A stretch of 64,000 nucleotides of DNA from Candidatus Omnitrophota bacterium (GTDB taxonomy: Bacteria > Omnitrophota > Gorgyraeia > Zapsychrales > Aceulaceae). Position 1 is the first letter of the stretch. Each line of letters opens with the position of its first letter. A program made the translations under genes and the position numbers. This document shows, piece after piece, positions 58,603-64,000 of the stretch. The notes under the pieces are model-generated. The model was given only the letters and a program-made list of their open reading frames with translations, had not been told where the DNA came from and ran no database searches. Location: assembly GCA_028693815.1 (NCBI GenBank), contig JAQUUP010000002.1:7056-71055 (forward strand), written 5' to 3'.

Positions 58603-60929
58603 AAAAAATATTATTTTCAAATCGTTTGTCTATCATTTTTCAAGTATTCGTTTTTTTTATTTTTTGTTTAATTTCTACGCATAGTTTGGCGCAGATAGTA
58701 AGTTCTCAAGATTATGTTTTAAAAGCATGGGAAGCTTCTTCGAGTGGAAATTTTGAAGAAATTGAGCGACTTGCCACCGAATGTATTCAAGTGTATAGAG
58801 AGGAGGCAAAACAGCAGCAAGCGATATTGAAAACTTTTCCTTTAAAAGGAACGGAAGAAGAATATAGCGTGCTTAATGGTGTAGCCACATGCTTGTTTAT
58901 TTACGCAGAAGCTTTGATGAACAAAGGCGAGACTGAAAAAGCAATGGATCTTTTTAGGCAAGTAATTTCTGAATATTCTTGGGCGCAATCTTGGGATCCT
59001 AGAGGTTGGTATTGGTCAGTTGCTGAAAAAAGTCAAGCAAGTTTAGATAAGCTGGAAGGGAAAGAACAAGAAAAAGAAGAAATTGTAATTGATCGTGGTC
59101 CTGAAACAATGCCAACGATTGCTTTTCCTGGCACTGAGGATGTAATTGATTATGAGAAGTATGGTCATTTTGAGGATATTGGAACAAAAGAATATCGGTA
59201 TGTTGCGGATGATCCTGCCGGATTGATGAAAGCTATTGGCGAAGGAATTTATCCAAATACCAGTGGTGTTTTAAAGGATCCGACGTATCAAGAATTTCAA
59301 AAAGAGGGTGCCCTTTCTAGAAGTCATTGGGATTATGTTCAAACCGATGATCTTCAAAAAGCTTTTTATAAGTGGGCGACTGCATCTGAGCCACAGGGTG
59401 TTAAGCTTTTTTATTTAGGTCTTGTTTTTGAAAAAGCTGGCATGATATATGAAGCGCTTAAAGCATATCGTGCGATTCAAATTCATTTTCCAGCTTCCAT
59501 AGGAAAAACGTATTGGAACACTCCTTGGTATCCAGGTCAAACCGCTATTGCAAAAATTCGGCATATTATTAAAATACATCCAGAGTTAGATTTAAAATAT
59601 GAGGGCGCAAAGATTCAAGTTATTAACGGATTTGATAATGATATCGCCAATGATGTTGTTTTGACTTGGCCTGGAGTTTTACAAAAGAAAACATTTTGGG
59701 ATAAAATGATCGAAAGAATTAAATCATTTCTTCCTTCTCTGATGAACAAATATCGAATTAAGGATATTAAGAAAACAATTGGCGGGCCAAAAGTTCGACT
59801 TGTTCAATCTGATGAGACCGAACATTGGCAACTTCTTGTTGATGATAAGCCATTTATGATTCAAGCGGTTACTTATCAAGCCACGAAAGTTGGGCAAAGT
59901 CCTGATAAAGGGACATTGGCTGATTGGGCCGTAGAAGATACTAATAATAATGGCCTCGCGGATGGTCCATACGATTCTTGGGTGGATAAGAATTTAAATA
60001 ATGTACAAGATGAAGACGAGCCTGTTGTTGGTGATTTTCAGCTTATGAAAGATATGGGTGTTAATACGATTCGTGTGTACAAACAACCTTATAATCCTAA
60101 CAAAGAGCTTCTTCGAAAAATGTATGAAGATTATGGCATTATGGTGATTATGGGGGATTTTTTAGGAAAATATGCTCTGGGTTCTGGCGCGACATGGTTT
60201 GAAGGAACAGATTATGAAAATCCAGAACATAAGAAGAATATGATGGCATCTGTTCGCAAGATGGTTGAAGAATTTAAAGATGAGCCATATGTTTTAATGT
60301 GGCTTTTAGGTAATGAAAATAATTATGGTTTAGGCTGTAACGCTGATAAAAAACCGTATGCGTATTATGAGTTTATTGAAGAAGTTGCACAAATGATTAA
60401 GAGCATTGATAGGAGTCATCCGGTTGCAATATCAAATGGAGATACGCTTTATTTAGATATTTTTGCAGAAAATTGCCCATCAATTGATGCATTTGCTGCC
60501 AATGCTTATCGAGGTGATTATGGATTTGGTTCTTTTTGGGAGCAAGTTTTTGGTGCTTCTGGAAAGGCTGCTTTTATTACCGAATATGGATGTCCGGCTT
60601 ATGCCAATCATTTAACTCGTGAACAAGCAGAGCAAGCCCAAGCCGATTATCATCAAGGAGCTTGGAGTGATATTATGTTGAATTCAGCAGGAACAAAAGA
60701 GGGCGCGGGTAATGCTATTGGGGGAGTTGTTTTTCAATGGATAGATGAGTGGTGGAAGAATTATGAGCCATCGGTTCATGATAAAACGGCAGGGGCTATT
60801 GGTCCTTTTCCAGATGGATATATGTATGAAGAATGGTTTGGCTTAACAGGGCAAGGAGATGGCAAAAATAGCCCATTTTTGCGCCATTTGCGTAAATCAT
60901 ACGATTATTATAAAAGTGTCTGGAATTGA
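58599..60929 (+). CDS. Secreted clan GH-A glycoside hydrolase (GH2/GH5-like TIM barrel) with an N-terminal novel helical domain
   Basis: Signal peptide. The N-terminal ~140 aa are homologous to the repeat units of the 61028 protein. The catalytic region has VNTIRVY, LGNENNYG (acid/base NE) and ITEYGCP (nucleophile E). Confidence 0.6.
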   Translation: MKKILFSNRLSIIFQVFVFFIFCLISTHSLAQIVSSQDYVLKAWEASSSGNFEEIERLATECIQVYREEAKQQQAILKTFPLKGTEEEYSVLNGVATCLFIYAEALMNKGETEKAMDLFRQVISEYSWAQSWDPRGWYWSVAEKSQASLDKLEGKEQEKEEIVIDRGPETMPTIAFPGTEDVIDYEKYGHFEDIGTKEYRYVADDPAGLMKAIGEGIYPNTSGVLKDPTYQEFQKEGALSRSHWDYVQTDDLQKAFYKWATASEPQGVKLFYLGLVFEKAGMIYEALKAYRAIQIHFPASIGKTYWNTPWYPGQTAIAKIRHIIKIHPELDLKYEGAKIQVINGFDNDIANDVVLTWPGVLQKKTFWDKMIERIKSFLPSLMNKYRIKDIKKTIGGPKVRLVQSDETEHWQLLVDDKPFMIQAVTYQATKVGQSPDKGTLADWAVEDTNNNGLADGPYDSWVDKNLNNVQDEDEPVVGDFQLMKDMGVNTIRVYKQPYNPNKELLRKMYEDYGIMVIMGDFLGKYALGSGATWFEGTDYENPEHKKNMMASVRKMVEEFKDEPYVLMWLLGNENNYGLGCNADKKPYAYYEFIEEVAQMIKSIDRSHPVAISNGDTLYLDIFAENCPSIDAFAANAYRGDYGFGSFWEQVFGASGKAAFITEYGCPAYANHLTREQAEQAQADYHQGAWSDIMLNSAGTKEGAGNAIGGVVFQWIDEWWKNYEPSVHDKTAGAIGPFPDGYMYEEWFGLTGQGDGKNSPFLRHLRKSYDYYKSVWN

Positions 60930-61027
60930 TGAAATTTTCGGCAAAACCGAAAAAAGTATGCTATACTTCATTTAAATTGGTTGAGCATAGTCATATTAAA
61001 CTATAAAGTAAAAAGGGAGGATAAGTT

Positions 61028-61882
61028 ATGAGAAAAATTTTAATTTGTGCCTTGTTAGTTCTGGGCCTTGGGTTTGTTAGCCCTGCGATTTCATCGGCCT
61101 ATAATTATGGTGATTATCGATCAGTCACACTAGCAACAAAGGCTTGGGATGCACTTTCAAAAGGGGATATTGAAGCTGTTTTGGCATACACAAATAAGTG
61201 CGTTGAGCTTTATGGGGCGCAAGCTAGTAAAATGCAAGCATCGTTAAGCGGTTATGTTGAAGGTCCAAAGGAAGAGATTTTTAAGAAATGGGCTTTAAAT
61301 GATGTTGCAGTATGTCTTTTTGTTCAAGCAGAAGCTTATCGTAAAGCAAATATGATGGATGAGGCTAAAGAAGCATATCGAAAAATTATTGATAATTTTT
61401 CTTATGGTCAATGTTGGGATAATGGTGGATGGTTCTGGAAGCCGGCTGAAGCTGCGCAAGAAAAATTAGATGCAATCGAATCTGGCTTGGATGCAGATTT
61501 TAGCGATTCGACGTCTTCAGGTCTTACAGGTAAAGCTTGGGAAGCCTATGCAAACGATGATCTAGAAACTGTTTTGTTCTATACAAATAAATGTATGAAA
61601 TTGTATGGGGAAAAAGCAAAGGAGATGCAGGCTTCTTTGACAGAATTTCCATGGGAAACAAACGAAGAAATTTTTTCATATTGGGCTCTTAATGATGTTG
61701 GCGCTTGTCTTTTTATTCAGGGAGAAGCTTATAAAAAAGCCGGAATGCTTGAAGAGGCTAAAGCAGCGTTTAATGAGTTGATTAAAGATTATTATTTTGC
61801 ACAATGCTGGGATCCACAAGGATGGTTTTGGAAGCCGGCTGAAGCTGCAGAGCAAAGACTTCTTGAAATTGAAGAAATGTAA
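61028..61882 (+). CDS. Secreted protein made of two tandem copies of a novel ~140-aa domain
   Basis: Signal peptide. Repeat 1 (KAWDALSKGDIEAVLAYTNKC...GQCWDNGGWFWKPAEAAQEKL) and repeat 2 (KAWEAYANDDLETVLFYTNKC...AQCWDPQGWFWKPAEAAEQRL) are near-identical, with DNA-level identity in places (GGAAGCCGGCTGAAGCTGC). Confidence 0.5.
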   Translation: MRKILICALLVLGLGFVSPAISSAYNYGDYRSVTLATKAWDALSKGDIEAVLAYTNKCVELYGAQASKMQASLSGYVEGPKEEIFKKWALNDVAVCLFVQAEAYRKANMMDEAKEAYRKIIDNFSYGQCWDNGGWFWKPAEAAQEKLDAIESGLDADFSDSTSSGLTGKAWEAYANDDLETVLFYTNKCMKLYGEKAKEMQASLTEFPWETNEEIFSYWALNDVGACLFIQGEAYKKAGMLEEAKAAFNELIKDYYFAQCWDPQGWFWKPAEAAEQRLLEIEEM

Positions 61883-61950
61883 TTATTGTTTTAGAGTAAT
61901 CGAAGCAAATTCCATGGCAAAGATGTAAAAAGTTTTTTGAAAGGGGACGT

Positions 61951-62586
61951 ATGAGCAAAATACTCAAGGTCCTTTTTCTGCTTATGTTTGTTGTTGTCGC
62001 CGGATGTAGTCAGTCAGGCGCTCCTGTAGCAGAAAAAGAAACGCAAATACCTCAGGCTAATAATTCTTTTAATCCGTTTCCGATTTATACCAACATTGGA
62101 TCTCGGGACAATCATTTTGTTCCCTCTGGTTTTATGCCAGATGGGGCATGCATTGAATTTTCTGATCGATGGATAGAAAATTGTCATTCTGAAAAAACGT
62201 GTATTCGAGCGGATTATGATGTTGAATGCTCAAGACAAGGTGAGCGGTGGGTTGGTGTTTATTGGCAAAATCCAGCTAACAATTGGGGCAATCGAAAAGG
62301 TGGTTTTGATTTAAGCGGGGCAACAAAATTAACGTTTTGGGCTAAAGGAGAAAACGGTGGGGAGCGCATCGAAGAGTTCAAAATGGGTGGCATTACCGGA
62401 GATTATCCAGACACAGATACAGCATTTATTGGTCCTGTCGTTTTGACGCCAGAATGGAAACAGTACACTATTGATTTGCGAGGAAAAGACCTTTCATATG
62501 TTAGCGGAGGTTTTTCCTGGTCAACTAATGTTGACGTTAATCCTGAGAATTGTACATTTTATTTAGATGACATTCGATACGAATAA
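61951..62586 (+). CDS. Lipoprotein with C-terminal beta-sandwich, carbohydrate-binding-module-like domain
   Basis: Lipobox VVAGCSQ, with C-terminal WVGVYWQNPANNWG...TFYLDDIRYE resembling a CBM fold. Confidence 0.4.
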   Translation: MSKILKVLFLLMFVVVAGCSQSGAPVAEKETQIPQANNSFNPFPIYTNIGSRDNHFVPSGFMPDGACIEFSDRWIENCHSEKTCIRADYDVECSRQGERWVGVYWQNPANNWGNRKGGFDLSGATKLTFWAKGENGGERIEEFKMGGITGDYPDTDTAFIGPVVLTPEWKQYTIDLRGKDLSYVSGGFSWSTNVDVNPENCTFYLDDIRYE

Positions 62587-62611
62587 GTTTTTAGAAAACA
62601 ATATTTAAAAA

Positions 62612-62645
62612 AAGGGGCAACAAATGTTGCCCCTTTTTATTTTGT
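62612..62645 (+). terminator. Rho-independent terminator of the glycan locus
   Basis: AAAGGGGCAACAAATGTTGCCCCTTTTTATTTT. A second hairpin GAGAGAAATTTT-CTAT-AAAAATTTCTCTC follows at 62653-62681. Confidence 0.6.
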
Positions 62646-62895
62646 ATTTTGTGAGAGAAATTTTCTATAAAAATTTCTCTCATTAATTTTAAAAAAGAAT
62701 AGAAATAGACCAGAAACATTTTATTTTTTATATCTATTTTTAATTAATTTTTTAGTTTTTATTTAAAGATGAATAAAAAAAACATACTTTCCCTTGTTTT
62801 CTATTTAATAGTTTGATATATTACAATTAATAATATAAGTGTTCTTATAATGTAATTTTTAATATTATCTAACTTTTAATACGAAGAGGGGAATT

Positions 62896-64000
62896 ATGTC
62901 CAAAGCAGCAAAACAAGTTATTTTTATTTTATGTTTGCTTTTAGCCGTAAGCGTTTTTGTCGCTCTGTCGACATTTAATCAGAAATCTGCTTTTGAAGAA
63001 GAAAATGCTCAGTTGCAAGGACAGGTCGTCGAGAATAAGAAAAAAGCAGCAGATTATGAGCAAAAACATAAAGCGGCTTTAGACGAGTCGGCTGAGCTTA
63101 AAAGAAAAGCTGATGCACTTTTAGCTCAGAAAAAAGATTTAGAAGATGAGATCGATGCTTTTTCTGGTCGGATGGAAGACCTAAAGTCACGCGTTGAAGA
63201 GGCTACTCAAGAAAAAGAAGAATGGCGTTCTCGCTATCAAGCAGTGCAAAGAGAGCGAGATGATGCGATTGCGAAATTGCAAGTAGTGCAAAAACAACAA
63301 GCTGCTGCTGCAACAAGAGAGCCCGTCGTTGTTCGTGGTCCTGAGGTTGGCTCTATGAATGAAAAAGACACTGAGCAGCATTGGGCAAATATTTTAAAAG
63401 AAAGAACAGAGCTTGAAATTCGAATCGGTAAACTCGAGTCTGAGCTAGATCAAAGTGCCTTAGACATTGAAGAACTCCGGAAAAAGAATTCTGATTTAGA
63501 TCTTGAAATTGGACATCTGAACAATTCACGAGAGGAAGCAGAAAGAAAATTAACATATAATAATGAAATTATTGATAACTTGTCGATTGCTCTTGTTCGC
63601 GAAAAGAACGATAAGAAATATATTAACGAACGATTAGAAGCAATTAAAGAGGAAAACTTGATGTTGCGCGCACAAGTGAAACAGCTTAGCAACGTTAAGA
63701 TTGCACTTGAAAAAAGTGTGTCAAAAGTTCAAGAGGAAAAGGCGAAAGTTGAAAAAAGACTGGCTGAAACTGAAATTATTGTTCAGGATCGTATCGATGA
63801 AGTCATGGATATTAAGATGAATATTGATGAAAGATTGCGTAAAGATACGTTTTTAGATGATAAGAATGAAATTATGTTGCCACCAATTATTGTTAATGGT
63901 TCTTCCTCATCGAATAATGAAGAGTCTTCAGAGGCTCCATTTGTTTTGATGTCGTCTGGGGAAATTATTAGTGTGAATGATGATAATAATTTTGTTATTA
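62896..64000 (+). CDS. Membrane-anchored coiled-coil protein (3' partial, runs off the window end)
   Basis: Checked by eye: ATG at 62896, an N-terminal TM helix (VIFILCLLLAVSVFVAL), then a heptad-rich E/K/Q/L frame open to base 64000. Not in the ORF track because it has no stop codon. Confidence 0.45.
   Translation, partial: MSKAAKQVIFILCLLLAVSVFVALSTFNQKSAFEEENAQLQGQVVENKKKAADYEQKHKAALDESAELKRKADALLAQKKDLEDEIDAFSGRMEDLKSRVEEATQEKEEWRSRYQAVQRERDDAIAKLQVVQKQQAAAATREPVVVRGPEVGSMNEKDTEQHWANILKERTELEIRIGKLESELDQSALDIEELRKKNSDLDLEIGHLNNSREEAERKLTYNNEIIDNLSIALVREKNDKKYINERLEAIKEENLMLRAQVKQLSNVKIALEKSVSKVQEEKAKVEKRLAETEIIVQDRIDEVMDIKMNIDERLRKDTFLDDKNEIMLPPIIVNGSSSSNNEESSEAPFVLMSSGEIISVNDDNNFVI

Noticed and set aside
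63187-63692. Three minus-strand ORFs (64-80 aa) at the window end
   Set aside because: They lie antisense to a long uninterrupted + frame encoding a coiled-coil protein that the ORF track missed only because it lacks a stop inside the window.

Overview
This is a low-GC (~35-40%), densely packed bacterial chromosomal segment from what appears to be a diderm organism; the overall gene content is typical of an uncultured, candidate-phylum-like lineage. Almost everything is on the + strand, with many 4-nt ATGA/TAATG start-stop overlaps.

The backbone is housekeeping:
- a pyrK-(small TauE-like)-pyrD-pyrF pyrimidine cluster
- a complete V/A-type ATPase operon in the Chlamydia/spirochaete-like order E-(unknown)-A-B-D-I-K
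- a tRNA-Val(TAC)/tRNA-Asp(GTC) pair with a near-consensus sigma70 promoter and terminator
- gloA, pabB-pabC, an lrp/aminotransferase pair, yjbQ, a pfkB-family kinase, nrnA, era, nnrE and nth
- rpsU, purH, folC and mnmE

Accessory or unusual content:
1. A tightly coupled four-gene cassette: a standalone tRNA-binding (Trbp111/CsaA-like) protein, a YkgJ Cys-cluster protein, a DUF2156/MprF-C-like putative aminoacyl-tRNA-dependent transferase, and a DEDDh 3'-5' exonuclease.
2. A soluble PRC-barrel/MgtE-N/CBS protein translationally coupled to an Nramp-related transporter whose metal-site residues look NRMT-like (Mg2+).
3. A Ddl-like ATP-grasp ligase translationally coupled to a lysine 2,3-aminomutase, followed by a 1520-aa secreted giant protein with mosaic composition.
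4. Two tandem PilZ genes sharing an upstream motif.
5. A glycan-utilisation locus: a GH94 phosphorylase, a divergent 1010-aa TPR-plus-beta-barrel outer-membrane protein, a sugar ABC importer, a GH-A clan hydrolase, a tandem-duplicated novel-domain protein and a CBM-like lipoprotein.
6. A family of at least 5 structured intergenic repeat elements placed immediately 5' of start codons, with compensatory stem changes.
7. A relic duplication of the 3' end of a GT-C-like membrane protein gene.
8. Several symmetric repeat/operator-like arrays.

No CRISPR array, rRNA or obvious IS/transposase was seen.
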